Shown here in pieces: positions 1 to 9,198 of a DNA stretch of 32,000 nucleotides. Every line of letters begins with the position of its first letter. Position 1 is the stretch's first letter. The notes below the pieces were generated by a model. It was not told the origin of the DNA. It was given only the letters and a program-made list of their open reading frames with translations, and searched no databases. Made by a program: the position numbers and the translations under genes. Origin of the DNA: Desulfocapsa sulfexigens DSM 10523 (GTDB lineage Bacteria > Desulfobacterota > Desulfobulbia > Desulfobulbales > Desulfocapsaceae); NCBI RefSeq assembly GCF_000341395.1, contig NC_020304.1, forward strand, positions 1,860,001-1,892,000. Direction: 5' to 3'.

Positions 1-805
1 GAGAGCTTGGCACGCCGCTATCCTCCTCAGATTTAAACTGAGCCCAGTCTGGTAATAGCGTTTTTTTGAACCATGATGAAAGATTGAATCCTGGTGGATC
101 ACCAGCCTCAAGGCGTTTTAACAGTTTTGTGGCTTTAGGTGTAATTGTCGCGTCCGGATAGGTGTTGATAAGATATTGTAGCCGCGTTTGAGCCTCTTTA
201 TATTTTTCAGTTCTGAGATAAAATTCAACGACAAAATATTCATGGTTAACCAGGAATTCATTTGCGGCCCTGATCCTGGCTCTGGCTTCGTTTCTATAGG
301 GGGAGTCAGGGAAGGCGCGAAGAAGTTTTGAGAATTCCCTGATGGCATTTTCTGCGCCATTTGTATCACGATCGATACGGTCTATCTGCTGGTAATGAGA
401 CATGGCGATCTGATACATTACATAGGGAATTGCCTCATTGGTCGGGTGACGCTCTTCAAATTCATGATAGAGCATGAGCGCTTCCTGATAATTTTCCATG
501 TAGTAGTTGCAGTCGGCACCTTTTAACTGGGCAAGCATGGCCTCAGGGCTAAATGGGTAGTAGTCCAGAATTTCATCAAATATTTTTCGTGCCTTGTAAT
601 AGCGTCCGTTTGAGAATTCCTCCATCCCCTCTCCAGCCAGAGTCTGTGCTGAGAGTCGAACATCTTTTTCTTTGCCATCGCCTCCAAAGAGTCCACTGAT
701 CTGGGCACACCCTCCAAGAGAAAGGAGCAGTGTGCTGATAAAAACAATATTCAGCGTGAATCGGACAAACGATAATGGGCGGATAAGTGGGCTGACACAG
801 GGCAT
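1..805 (-). CDS. bamD: Outer membrane assembly lipoprotein BamD/ComL family, C-terminus truncated by window edge
   Basis: My own reverse translation from ATG at 805 gives MPCVSPLIRPLSFVRFTLNIVFISTLLLSLGGCAQISGLFGG... (signal peptide plus lipobox LGGC), then TPR-like text (MEEFSNGRYYKARKIFDEILDYYPFSPEAMLAQLKGADCNYYMENYQEALMLYHEFEERHPTNEAIPYVMYQIAMSHYQQIDRIDRD) typical of BamD. The frame is open to base 1. It is missing from the supplied track, probably because it has no stop codon in the window. Confidence 0.9.
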   Translation of the reverse strand, partial: MPCVSPLIRPLSFVRFTLNIVFISTLLLSLGGCAQISGLFGGDGKEKDVRLSAQTLAGEGMEEFSNGRYYKARKIFDEILDYYPFSPEAMLAQLKGADCNYYMENYQEALMLYHEFEERHPTNEAIPYVMYQIAMSHYQQIDRIDRDTNGAENAIREFSKLLRAFPDSPYRNEARARIRAANEFLVNHEYFVVEFYLRTEKYKEAQTRLQYLINTYPDATITPKATKLLKRLEAGDPPGFNLSSWFKKTLLPDWAQFKSEEDSGVPSS

Positions 806-818
806 AATATAATTAAGC

Positions 819-1748
819 TCAGCTGAGATTGGTGAGATAGTGTTCGGCGGCAAGTACTGCAGTAGCACCTTCGCCTGCGGCATTGATTACCTGTCGTACT
901 TCCTTACTGCGAATATCCCCGGCGGCCATGACACCAACTACACTAGTCCGGGTTTCAAGATCCGTTGGGATAAACCCACCGGCATCGGCTTTTAAAACAT
1001 CCAATGGTAACATTTCATTGTTGGGTAACACACCAATAAGAACGAAGACGCCATCAACCTTTACTGTCGATTCTTTTCCGGAATTGTCAAGGAGATGGAG
1101 TTCTTCGACACCTTCAGTTCCGGAAACTCTTGTCACGGTACTGTTCCAGATAAAATTAATCTTCGGATTGTCAAAGGCTTTTTCCTGAAGAATTTTTGTG
1201 GCTCGCAGTTTATCTCGTCGATGGATGAGGGTTACTTTTTTGGCAAATTTAGTGAGATGTGATGCCTCCTGAACGGCGGTGTTTCCACCTCCAATCACGG
1301 CCACGTGCATATTGCGGTAGAAAGGGCCATCACAAGTGGCACAGTAGGAAACGCCTTTCCCGATAAATTCTTTTTCCCCAGGAATGCCGAGAGGACGAGG
1401 ATGAGCACCGGTGCATATGATCAACGTGTCACAGCTTAGCGAAGAACCATCTTCAAGGGCAAGGCGCTTGACTGGTTCAGTGAGATCCATGGAGACTACA
1501 TTGGCGAAAATGGAGTTCAGGTCAAAGCGTTTTGCGTGGACTGTCATTTTCTCTGCCAGATCAAATCCTGAAATACCATCCGGGAAGCCGGGATAATTGT
1601 CGATCCAGTCAGTGAGAAGAATCTGCCCGCCCTCAGCACCTTTCTCAATGAGCAGATGATCCATTCTGGCTCGTGCTGCATAGAGTCCTGCAGTCAGCCC
1701 GGCCGGACCGGCGCCTAAAATGATCAAATTATAATGCGTTTTAGCCAT
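819..1748 (-). CDS. trxB: Thioredoxin-disulfide reductase
   Basis: FAD motif GAGPAGLTAGLYAARA, redox CATC, NADPH motif GGGNTAVQEA and HRRDKLRA. Likely start is the internal Met MAKTHYN (1748); the ORF track extends it to 1763. Confidence 0.93.
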   Translation of the reverse strand: MAKTHYNLIILGAGPAGLTAGLYAARARMDHLLIEKGAEGGQILLTDWIDNYPGFPDGISGFDLAEKMTVHAKRFDLNSIFANVVSMDLTEPVKRLALEDGSSLSCDTLIICTGAHPRPLGIPGEKEFIGKGVSYCATCDGPFYRNMHVAVIGGGNTAVQEASHLTKFAKKVTLIHRRDKLRATKILQEKAFDNPKINFIWNSTVTRVSGTEGVEELHLLDNSGKESTVKVDGVFVLIGVLPNNEMLPLDVLKADAGGFIPTDLETRTSVVGVMAAGDIRSKEVRQVINAAGEGATAVLAAEHYLTNLS

Positions 1749-1821
1749 GGAATTCAAAGACATTCTGGTAAAAAAGCTGGACAGGCTTCATGCAAAAGAA
1801 CCAGCAGAAAGCCTGTGTTAT

Positions 1822-2148
1822 TTATAAGGCTTTTTCGATAAGCTCAATGAGTTGGGCTTTGCCGACGGCACCAGTTACCTGGTCAACTTTTTCGCCACTC
1901 TTAAAAAGAATTAGAGTTGGAATGGCACGGATTCCAAATTTGCCAGGGGTTTCGGGATTGTCATCAACATTCATTTTCACGATAGTTACCTTTCCCTCAT
2001 ACTCTTCGGCAAGAGCTTCGACAACAGGACCAATAGCCTTACATGGACCGCACCAGGGAGCCCAAAAATCCACAAGACATGGGGTGTCGGAACCTGTTAC
2101 AGATGAAAAATCAGCGTCACTTACATCTTTTACTTTATCACTGGCCAT
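1822..2148 (-). CDS. trxA: Thioredoxin
   Basis: DFWAPWCGPCKAIGP active site, KMNVDDNPETPGKFGIRAIPTLILFKSGE. Start MASDKVKD is preceded by TTGGAG; the ORF track extends to 2166. Confidence 0.93.
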   Translation of the reverse strand: MASDKVKDVSDADFSSVTGSDTPCLVDFWAPWCGPCKAIGPVVEALAEEYEGKVTIVKMNVDDNPETPGKFGIRAIPTLILFKSGEKVDQVTGAVGKAQLIELIEKAL

Positions 2149-2230
2149 TGTGTTTCTCCAATACAAGTAGAATTCTTAGTCGTCTTGTCTTTTTGCAAAA
2201 GAAGACAAATGTTAATTTAATGAGTTTATT

Positions 2231-2259
2231 AGTGTACCCTTTGCCGTTTTTCATGACAA
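2231..2259 (-). promoter_or_regulatory. Candidate sigma70 promoter for trxA
   Basis: On the minus strand: TTGTCA (2254-2259), 17-nt spacer, TACACT (2231-2236), about 80 nt upstream of the trxA start. Confidence 0.4.
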
Positions 2260-2559
2260 GAAAAATATGAGAACGTAAAGGGTGGTCCATGGGGAATTCC
2301 AGCATACAATGTGTATAAATACTAAAAGGTCAAGGTGGGACGTTGATTAGTGGCTCGTGAGTGTTTGAAAATCTGATTCGAGCCTTACTTTTAGTTCTTT
2401 TTCTTTGCAGAAGAGAAAAAAGTGGTTCGGGTTCCTGTTTCTGTTTTCTTTCGGTTTACCGGGACTACAAGTCATGGTATGTTTTACTTTCTCGTAATAA
2501 ATTGACAGATCGATACCAGGGTAACGGAATGTTAAAATACAAATTAGATGGGAGTTAAA

Positions 2560-3846
2560 ATGAACACAACTGTTTCCGGAAAGATGTTTGAAATGGCCAA
2601 AAAAGTAATCCCTGGTGGAGTGAACAGCCCTGTCAGAGCCTGTCGCTCCGTAGGCTGTGATCCGGTTTTCATTCAAAAAGCCAAGGGCTCAAAGGTATAT
2701 GATGTCGATGGAAATGAGTACATTGATTTTGTCTGCTCATGGGGGCCTATGATCCATGGGCATGCACCTAAGGAAATTGTCGATGCCGTTATAGAAACGG
2801 CAGGAGATTCCACGTCGTTTGGTGCTCCAACCACGAAAGAGATGGCGCTTGCTTCCATGGTAGTTGAGGCAGTTCCCTCACTTGAAAAGGTTCGCTTTGT
2901 AAACTCAGGAACCGAGGCGACTATGAGTGCTGTAAGGCTTGCCAGGGGATATACCGGAAAAGATGTAATTGTAAAGTTTGATGGATGTTACCATGGGCAC
3001 GCCGATTCATTTTTGATTAAAGCCGGTTCTGGCGTTATTACCCTGGGTATCCCGGGAAGCCCGGGAGTGCCAGAGGATATAGTGAAAAACACCATCTCCA
3101 TTCCCTATAATGATGATGAAATTCTTGAGCAGACCCTGCGAGCAAAAGCCGATACTATTGCCTGTGTGATCGTAGAACCTGTTGCTGGGAATATGGGTTG
3201 TGTTGCCCCATCGAAAACATTTCTGCAAAAACTGCGGGATCTCACTGCCGAACTTGGTATTGTTCTTATTTTTGATGAGGTGATAACTGGATTTCGACTG
3301 GCCTATGGTGGTGCGCAGGAGTATTACAATATAATGCCAGATCTCACTTGTCTTGGAAAGATCATTGGTGGCGGTCTGCCGGTCGGGGCATATGGTGGGA
3401 AGGCTGAAATAATGGATATGATTGCGCCTGATGGTCCTGTGTATCAGGCCGGTACGCTTTCGGGGAATCCTTTGGCGATGGCAGCAGGGATTGCCAATCT
3501 TAAACTGCTCCGTCAGAATAATTTCTACAAGGAGTTGAATGAAAAGGCAGAATTTTTTGCAGATGGCCTGAATCGGGCTGCAGAAAGTGCAGGTATTCCT
3601 GTAACATTAAATCGGGTTGGCTCACTTATGACTGGATTTTTCACAGAGAGTCCGGTAACTGATTTCACTTCTGCAATGAAAGCCGATGCCGATCGTTATG
3701 GCGTCCATTACAGGCAGATGTTGTCCAAAGGGATTTATCTTGCTCCATCACAGTTCGAGGTTGCGTTCATATCAGCAGCTCATAGTCAGGAAGACCTTGA
3801 AAAAGGCATTAAAATGACTGAATGGTCATTCAAAAATATGGCTTAA
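2560..3846 (+). CDS. hemL: Glutamate-1-semialdehyde 2,1-aminomutase
   Basis: Full-length aminotransferase class III: AKKVIPGGVNSPVRACRSVG, FVNSGTEATMSAVRLARGYTG, LIFDEVITGFR, GGGLPVGAYGGK. GGAG sits at the right distance for the Met at 2560. Confidence 0.95.
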   Translation: MNTTVSGKMFEMAKKVIPGGVNSPVRACRSVGCDPVFIQKAKGSKVYDVDGNEYIDFVCSWGPMIHGHAPKEIVDAVIETAGDSTSFGAPTTKEMALASMVVEAVPSLEKVRFVNSGTEATMSAVRLARGYTGKDVIVKFDGCYHGHADSFLIKAGSGVITLGIPGSPGVPEDIVKNTISIPYNDDEILEQTLRAKADTIACVIVEPVAGNMGCVAPSKTFLQKLRDLTAELGIVLIFDEVITGFRLAYGGAQEYYNIMPDLTCLGKIIGGGLPVGAYGGKAEIMDMIAPDGPVYQAGTLSGNPLAMAAGIANLKLLRQNNFYKELNEKAEFFADGLNRAAESAGIPVTLNRVGSLMTGFFTESPVTDFTSAMKADADRYGVHYRQMLSKGIYLAPSQFEVAFISAAHSQEDLEKGIKMTEWSFKNMA

Positions 3847-3860
3847 AAACAAAAAATTCG

Positions 3861-3889
3861 TTGACTTTGGCCGATGGGCATGATAACAA
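3861..3889 (+). promoter_or_regulatory. Candidate promoter upstream of the atp gene cluster
   Basis: TTGACT (3861-3866), 17-nt spacer, TAACAA (3884-3889). The -10 is weak. Confidence 0.25.
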
Positions 3890-4023
3890 ATTTGATCGAT
3901 TGCCACAGAGTTTTTCAGTGCCTTGGAAAATGATTGTTGTTTCGCAAAAGATGGTTTTTTAAAGGCACCTGTCCTGGCTTACTTACTGTTCAGCGGGGCC
4001 GGGGTTGGAAGGTGGTGATAAGG

Positions 4024-4278
4024 ATGGCTAAAAAACTAAGCACCGAGATGGTGGAGCTGCTTGGAAATTACGGGCATATTGGATTTACCTTTGTGGCCGC
4101 AATTTTTATAGGCTTAGGGGGGGGGATCTATCTTGATGAACATTTCTTTGATGGAAAGACGTCACCCTGGTTTACGTTTATTGGCCTGGCTTTTGGGATA
4201 GGTGCTGGATTTAAAAGTTTGTTTGATATTTTACGGACTCCGGCGGCTAAACCAAAAGATGAGGATGCAGAAGGTTGA
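4024..4278 (+). CDS. AtpZ/AtpI-family small membrane protein
   Basis: MAKKLSTEMVELLGNYGHIGFTFVAAIFIGLGGGIYLDEHFF...TFIGLAFGIGAGFKSLFDILR, two TM helices, immediately upstream of F0 genes. The ORF track start (3934) adds an unlikely 30-aa leader. Confidence 0.8.
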   Translation: MAKKLSTEMVELLGNYGHIGFTFVAAIFIGLGGGIYLDEHFFDGKTSPWFTFIGLAFGIGAGFKSLFDILRTPAAKPKDEDAEG

Positions 4279-4284
4279 TCGGCT

Positions 4285-4692
4285 GTGCTAGATATTTCTT
4301 TAAAGAAGGTGCAGGCGTTAAGTATAGGATTTCTCGTGGTGCTGACAGGCGGGGCATGGTTGATTATGTCATGGCCCTTTGCACAGTCGGTACTTGTTGG
4401 TGGTGTTATAGCCATTGCAAGTTTTTTTTCGGGACATCGAGACATTGATTCTTTTCTAAAAACTTTTGAACCTCCTAAAGAGGGACAAGAAAAGAAGCAA
4501 AGTGGTAAGTCTGTTTATATTGTTAAATTTTGGCTCCGGTTGGCTTTAATTGCTGTGATTCTACTGTTCTTTATCAGGAGCGGTAAGGCTGATGTGATTG
4601 GGTTGCTTCTGGGGCTATCAACTGTAGTTTTTGCCATTATACTGACAACGCTCAGTGTGGCAGGACACTACTTTTTTAGAAGGAAGGGGTAA
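4285..4692 (+). CDS. ATP synthase subunit I-like membrane protein
   Basis: Four predicted hydrophobic segments (SIGFLVVLTGGAWLIMSWPF, VLVGGVIAIASFF, WLRLALIAVILLFFI, VIGLLLGLSTVVFAIILTTLSVAG). Position between the AtpZ-like gene and atpB. Confidence 0.7.
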   Translation: MLDISLKKVQALSIGFLVVLTGGAWLIMSWPFAQSVLVGGVIAIASFFSGHRDIDSFLKTFEPPKEGQEKKQSGKSVYIVKFWLRLALIAVILLFFIRSGKADVIGLLLGLSTVVFAIILTTLSVAGHYFFRRKG

Positions 4693-4703
4693 GAGGGAGA
4701 GTT

Positions 4704-5426
4704 ATGGAACATCCGATACTATTTATTTCACTGATTTTGGAGAAATTAGGACTGCCAATTCCACACGGTCCTATTGGCAATACATTCCTGGAGAAATTAT
4801 GTGAACCGTATATGACGTATACCTGGTTCGTTATGATTTTTCTGGTGGTTGTTGGTAAACTGACTCTCAGTAATATTGAAATGATCCCCGGTAAAGGACA
4901 GAACTTCTGGGAGCTACTCGTTGGAGGAATGTATGACTTCTTCAATGACAACATGGGCACTGAGCTCACCGAGAAACTTTTCCCCATGATTTCGACCTTT
5001 GCACTTTACATCGCAGTAGGTAATCTCATCGGCCTTATCCCCGGCTTTATGTCTCCAACCTCATCAATCAATACTACTCTGGCATTGACGATTATCGTTT
5101 GGGTGACCCATCACATTATTGGACTCCGTGCTCATGGTATTGGGTATATCAAGCATTTCCTTGGACCCATCCCGGTTCTGATTCCATTGATGTTACCCAT
5201 CGAACTTATCAGTAACATTGCCCGGTTGCTTTCACTCTCCATTCGTCTTTTCGGTAACATCATGGCTAAAGAGACTCTCCTTGGAATTCTTTTTATGCTG
5301 GCTGGTGCCTATTTCGCGCCACTGCCAATCATGCTCCTTGGTGTACTGGTTTCCCTGGTTCAGGCCATGGTTTTTGTTCTCCTCACCGTCGTATACTTCG
5401 GTCAGGCTCAAGAGCATGCCCACTGA
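4704..5426 (+). CDS. atpB: F0F1 ATP synthase subunit a
   Basis: PLMLPIELISNIARLLSLSIRLFGNIMAKE (conserved Arg helix), start after GGGAG. Confidence 0.94.
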   Translation: MEHPILFISLILEKLGLPIPHGPIGNTFLEKLCEPYMTYTWFVMIFLVVVGKLTLSNIEMIPGKGQNFWELLVGGMYDFFNDNMGTELTEKLFPMISTFALYIAVGNLIGLIPGFMSPTSSINTTLALTIIVWVTHHIIGLRAHGIGYIKHFLGPIPVLIPLMLPIELISNIARLLSLSIRLFGNIMAKETLLGILFMLAGAYFAPLPIMLLGVLVSLVQAMVFVLLTVVYFGQAQEHAH

Positions 5427-5516
5427 TAACTCAGGTAACAAAGAAGTAAGTAATATGATTTTTTTATATAGTTAAGAAGAAGGCCAAACAAACAAAAATT
5501 TTTAAGGAGAATTACA

Positions 5517-5771
5517 ATGGAATCAAATGCTTTGATGCTCGGACTTATCTGTATTGGTGCTGGACTTTCAATCGGACTTGCTGGACTTGGTGCCGGTATT
5601 GGTATTGGTAATGTTGGACAGGGTGCCACCATGGGTCTTGCTCGTAACCCAGAAGTACAGCCTAAATTGATGGTTTTCATGATCCTTGGTATGGCTCTCG
5701 CTGAGTCCTGTGCTATTTATGGACTGGTTGTTTCCCTGATCCTTCTTTATGCAAATCCTTTGATTGGCTAA
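5517..5771 (+). CDS. atpE: F0F1 ATP synthase subunit c
   Basis: 84-aa hairpin proteolipid with GLGAGIGIGN...GLARNPEVQPKL and ILGMALAESCAIYGLVVSLILLYANP (ion-binding Glu). AAGGAG RBS. Confidence 0.95.
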   Translation: MESNALMLGLICIGAGLSIGLAGLGAGIGIGNVGQGATMGLARNPEVQPKLMVFMILGMALAESCAIYGLVVSLILLYANPLIG

Positions 5772-5831
5772 TTGGGTTTCAGTTTGATCTGTTCGGCGGC
5801 GCAAGCTGTGACGAACAAATCATTGAGTTTT

Positions 5832-5862
5832 AAAAGGCTGCAGAGTAATCTGCAGCCTTTTT
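5832..5862 (+). terminator. Rho-independent terminator of the atp cluster
   Basis: AAAAGGCTGCAGA (5832-5844), GTAA loop, TCTGCAGCCTTTT (5849-5861); 13-bp perfect stem with T-run. Confidence 0.85.
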
Positions 5863-5898
5863 GCGTTTAATGATGTGTGAAGTACTTAAAAGGGGACC

Positions 5899-6627
5899 AT
5901 GGAAGACGATATTATCATTCACCCAAGTCGTGCAGTCCGAGAAAAAACTATTCCGCGATGCGGCCTTCTCTTTGTTAATCCGACCGAGGCAAGGGTTGCA
6001 CTCCAGACACTTATTGACAGGGGAGGAGATCAGCGCTTTTTGTTCCATTCGGGATTGGTTGTGAGTCCTGATAATGATTTTTTTGTGGCAGGACCGGCTG
6101 TCGGGGCACCAATGGCTGTGATGGTTCTTGAGAAGCTTATAGCGCTCGGGGCCTGTAAGGTAGTCATGGCTGGCTGGTGTGGTGCGCTCAGGCCCGATAT
6201 GTGTGTAGGTGACACGGTTCTTGGAGGTGCCGCCTATTCGGGAGAGGGTACATCGCAATATTACACAAATGACAATGTTTCTGATCCATCGCAAAGGTAT
6301 ATTACTACAATGAAGTCAGTTTTTGATCTCAGGGATACTGTATCCTTCTGGTCCACCGACGCACCTTATAGAGAGTCCAAAAAGATGCTTCAGCAGTTGG
6401 CTCAAAAATTTAATGTTGGAGCTGTGGATATGGAATACTCCGCATTATGTGCGGTCGCGAATTTCAGAAAGATCGATTTTGCCTCTTTGTTTCTTGTCTC
6501 CGATGAACTGTGGCAGGACGATTGGCGGCCAGGGTTTGGAGGAAAGGTTTTTAAAAGAAAAAGTAAAGCACAAATCAAGCAACTTCTAAATGTAATTGTT
6601 GCAATATCAGGCTTTAAGGAGGCCTGA
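5899..6627 (+). CDS. Nucleoside phosphorylase (PNP_UDP family), exact substrate not assignable
   Basis: FVAGPAVGAPMAVMVLEKLIALGACKVVMAGWCGALRPDMCVGDTVLGGAAYSGEGTS; VGAVDMEYSALCAVA; GLLFVNPTEA leader. Confidence 0.8.
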   Translation: MEDDIIIHPSRAVREKTIPRCGLLFVNPTEARVALQTLIDRGGDQRFLFHSGLVVSPDNDFFVAGPAVGAPMAVMVLEKLIALGACKVVMAGWCGALRPDMCVGDTVLGGAAYSGEGTSQYYTNDNVSDPSQRYITTMKSVFDLRDTVSFWSTDAPYRESKKMLQQLAQKFNVGAVDMEYSALCAVANFRKIDFASLFLVSDELWQDDWRPGFGGKVFKRKSKAQIKQLLNVIVAISGFKEA

Positions 6628-6629
6628 TT

Positions 6630-7967
6630 ATGGCGACTTTTCATCTAGTAAGTCTTGGGTGTGCAAAAAATCTTGTAGATTCTGAAGTGATGCTTGGAAT
6701 CCTGCATGAAGCCGGATGGGAACTTTCCGAAGACCCCTCTGCTGCTGAAGTTCTTATTGTTAATACCTGTGGGTTTATTCAGCCAGCAGTTGAAGAAGCT
6801 CTGGAGGTAATACTCGAGCTGGCTCAATACAAAGAAAAAGATAAAAATAAATTTCTGGTTGTGACGGGTTGTCTTGTACAGCGCTATCTTACAGGTCTCA
6901 GCAAGGATATGCCTGAAATTGATCTTTTAGTGGGTACTGAAGGTGTTGGAGAGATTGCTCACCTCCTGCAGAAATTATTGGTCGGTGAGCAGACAGAGAG
7001 ATCTTACTGTCCCGATCGTTTTCTAATGAACTCCAATCTGCCGCGCATCCTATCCACTCCTTTTTTTAGAAGTTCTGTTAAAATTACTGAGGGTTGCAGT
7101 AATCGCTGCACCTATTGCATGATTCCTTCGATAAGAGGTGATCTTCGTTCCAGGAACATTCCTGATATTATAGCAGAGCTTAAACATCTAGAGGCTGGTG
7201 GTGTTAAGGAGATTTCACTGATTGCTCAGGATCTGACTGCCTATGGCAACGACCTTGAGGCCAAGAGCAATCTTATCAGTCTGTTGACAGCTATCCTCCA
7301 AGAAACCAATATTCCATGGTTGCGTCTGATGTATCTTTATCCATCAGGGGTAACTGAAGAACTGTTTGAGCTGATGCGAACAGAGAAAAGAATTTTGCCT
7401 TATATGGATATCCCTTTTCAACATGTGTCAGATCCGATTCTGAAAAATATGCATCGTCGTTACGGCTACGATGATCTTTGCAAATTCGTTGAAGGGATAC
7501 GAAATTCGGTCCCAGATATTGCTCTTCGAACAACGATGATGGTAGGTTTTCCAGGAGAAACTGAACGTGATATCAGGAAAATGGAACAATTTTTAGAAAA
7601 GTATGAAATCGACCATGTAGGAGTCTTTTCTTATACTAATGAAGAGGGCGCACGGTCTGAATTTTTCAAAGATCAGGTTGCTGAAGATGTTAAACTGGAA
7701 AGGATGGAACGGATCCTCGCATTGCAGGCTGGGATTTCAGAAGAGATACTGAAGAAATACATTGGTAAGATAGTTCCAGTGCTTGTGGAGGGACTTAGCC
7801 AGGAGACAGATCTTCTTCTTGAGGGGCGAATGGTTTACCAGGCCCCTGATATAGATGGGATAGTGTATATCAATGATGGTATTGCAAACCCCGGTGATAT
7901 CGTAAAAGTACGTATCACCGAAGCGCAAATATATGATCTGGTAGGGGGGATTGTTCAGGAGGGATGA
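6630..7967 (+). CDS. rimO: Ribosomal protein S12 methylthiotransferase RimO
   Basis: LVSLGCAKNLVDSEVMLG, NTCGFIQPAVEE, radical SAM GCSNRCTYCMIPSIRG, GFPGETE, C-terminal TRAM-like region. Confidence 0.93.
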   Translation: MATFHLVSLGCAKNLVDSEVMLGILHEAGWELSEDPSAAEVLIVNTCGFIQPAVEEALEVILELAQYKEKDKNKFLVVTGCLVQRYLTGLSKDMPEIDLLVGTEGVGEIAHLLQKLLVGEQTERSYCPDRFLMNSNLPRILSTPFFRSSVKITEGCSNRCTYCMIPSIRGDLRSRNIPDIIAELKHLEAGGVKEISLIAQDLTAYGNDLEAKSNLISLLTAILQETNIPWLRLMYLYPSGVTEELFELMRTEKRILPYMDIPFQHVSDPILKNMHRRYGYDDLCKFVEGIRNSVPDIALRTTMMVGFPGETERDIRKMEQFLEKYEIDHVGVFSYTNEEGARSEFFKDQVAEDVKLERMERILALQAGISEEILKKYIGKIVPVLVEGLSQETDLLLEGRMVYQAPDIDGIVYINDGIANPGDIVKVRITEAQIYDLVGGIVQEG

Positions 7968-7977
7968 GGCAAAAAAA

Positions 7978-8259
7978 CTATTTGCCCGTGTTTACCTGTT
8001 CACGTAGATCCTTCCCGACTTTGAAGAAAGGGAGTTTTTTTGGTTTGACTTTGATTTTCTCGCCAGTCTTCGGATTGCGACCTTCGTAGGAGCCGTAGTT
8101 TTTAATGACAAAGCTTCCAAAACCTCTGATTTCAATACTGTCTCCCTTAGCCAGTGCCTCGGTCATGGTTTCGATAATGGTGTTGGTAATTGCCGCAGCT
8201 TCCCTGTGTGGCAGGTCAATGTCCTGGGACAACGCTTCAATTAACTCAGATTTGTTCAT
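7978..8259 (-). CDS. HU/IHF family DNA-binding protein
   Basis: MNKSELIEALSQ...IRGFGSFVIKNYGSYEGRNPKTGEKIKVKPKKLPFFKVGKDLRE. GRNPKTGE(x)I motif; closer to IHF-beta than to canonical HU. Confidence 0.9.
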   Translation of the reverse strand: MNKSELIEALSQDIDLPHREAAAITNTIIETMTEALAKGDSIEIRGFGSFVIKNYGSYEGRNPKTGEKIKVKPKKLPFFKVGKDLREQVNTGK

Positions 8260-8445
8260 GCCTGACTCCTGTGCATTCAGAGCGAATACTGCAGTTCTTG
8301 CCGTATTCTAATAAAATAAAAAAATTAATAAGAATAAACTGTCATCGATATCTTTGTGAAAAAAAGATAGTCGGGGAAAATCTTTTGCACCCGTTTGGGT
8401 AGTATAGCTATATATCTTACCAGATAACTATCCAAATTTAATCAG

Positions 8446-9198
8446 CTATTTTTTTGTTTGTAAAGGGTTTTTTTTGGAAAAAATTCTTTTTATGTCATTT
8501 TTGGTGAGAATTTTAAATTTTCCAATAGCTAAGTTATCCAGACCAAGGTCTCCATAGGCTAGACGTTTAAGGGATTGCACAGGATGGCCAACCATTTGAA
8601 ACATCTTTTTAACCTGCCGTTTCCGGCCCTCATGGATGGTGATAATAATTACAGAATTTCTATTATTTTTCCTGATAATTCGTAGTTTTGCTGGAGCAGT
8701 CTTCTTTTCGTCAAGCAATATGCCTTTCTCGAGAGATCGTATTGTCTGTTCAGATGGTAGCCCCTTTACTTCCGCCTCATACGTTTTATGGACTTCAAAT
8801 TTGGGATGAAGAATGCTTTGGGCGAGCTCCCCATCATTCGTGAGTAAAAGAGCACCTTCGGTATCGAGATCGAGTCTTCCAACCGGAAAAACCCTTTCTT
8901 TTATTCCTGGGAGTAATGAGGTGACAATTGGACGTCCCTGGGGGTCTGAAAGTGTTGTTACGTAGCCTTTGGGTTTATTGAGAAGGATGTATATAAGTTT
9001 TTCTCGTACTTCAACCCTTTTGTTATCAAAGAGTACTTTATGAACTCCAGGGGTTATCTGCTGGCCCATTGCGGTTGAAATGGTCCCATTGACCTTTACT
9101 CGTCCTGCAGCGATAAATTCTTCCGCCTTTCTTCGTGAAGCAATACCAGCCATGGCAAGAAACTTTTGGAGACGTACAGGTTTGTTGTTCATAATCAA
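8446..9198 (-). CDS. rluB: rRNA pseudouridine synthase, RluB/RsuA family
   Basis: S4-like N-terminus RLQKFLAMAGIASRRKAEEFI, catalytic region VFPVGRLDLDTEGALLLTNDGELA, RKRQVKKMF-type EGRKRQVKKMFQMVGHPV. Confidence 0.88.
   Translation of the reverse strand: MIMNNKPVRLQKFLAMAGIASRRKAEEFIAAGRVKVNGTISTAMGQQITPGVHKVLFDNKRVEVREKLIYILLNKPKGYVTTLSDPQGRPIVTSLLPGIKERVFPVGRLDLDTEGALLLTNDGELAQSILHPKFEVHKTYEAEVKGLPSEQTIRSLEKGILLDEKKTAPAKLRIIRKNNRNSVIIITIHEGRKRQVKKMFQMVGHPVQSLKRLAYGDLGLDNLAIGKFKILTKNDIKRIFSKKNPLQTKK

Noticed and set aside
118-747. Minus-strand ORFs 118..369 and 523..747 in the track
   Set aside because: They lie in another frame than the continuous BamD frame open from 805 to base 1; their translations have no recognisable domain.
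883-1188. 101-aa plus-strand ORF inside trxB
   Set aside because: Antisense to an unambiguous trxB; no domain signature.
2347-2676. 109-aa minus-strand ORF upstream of and overlapping hemL
   Set aside because: Overlaps the hemL start region; no recognisable motifs; probably chance ORF in the promoter region.
5830-6294. 154-aa minus-strand ORF over the start of the nucleoside phosphorylase gene
   Set aside because: Overlaps both the atp terminator stem and a clear coding region; shadow ORF.
8260-8445. AT-rich spacer with TATCTTT/AAAGATA hairpin considered as terminator
   Set aside because: No T-run after the stem on either strand; A/T-rich stem is probably incidental.
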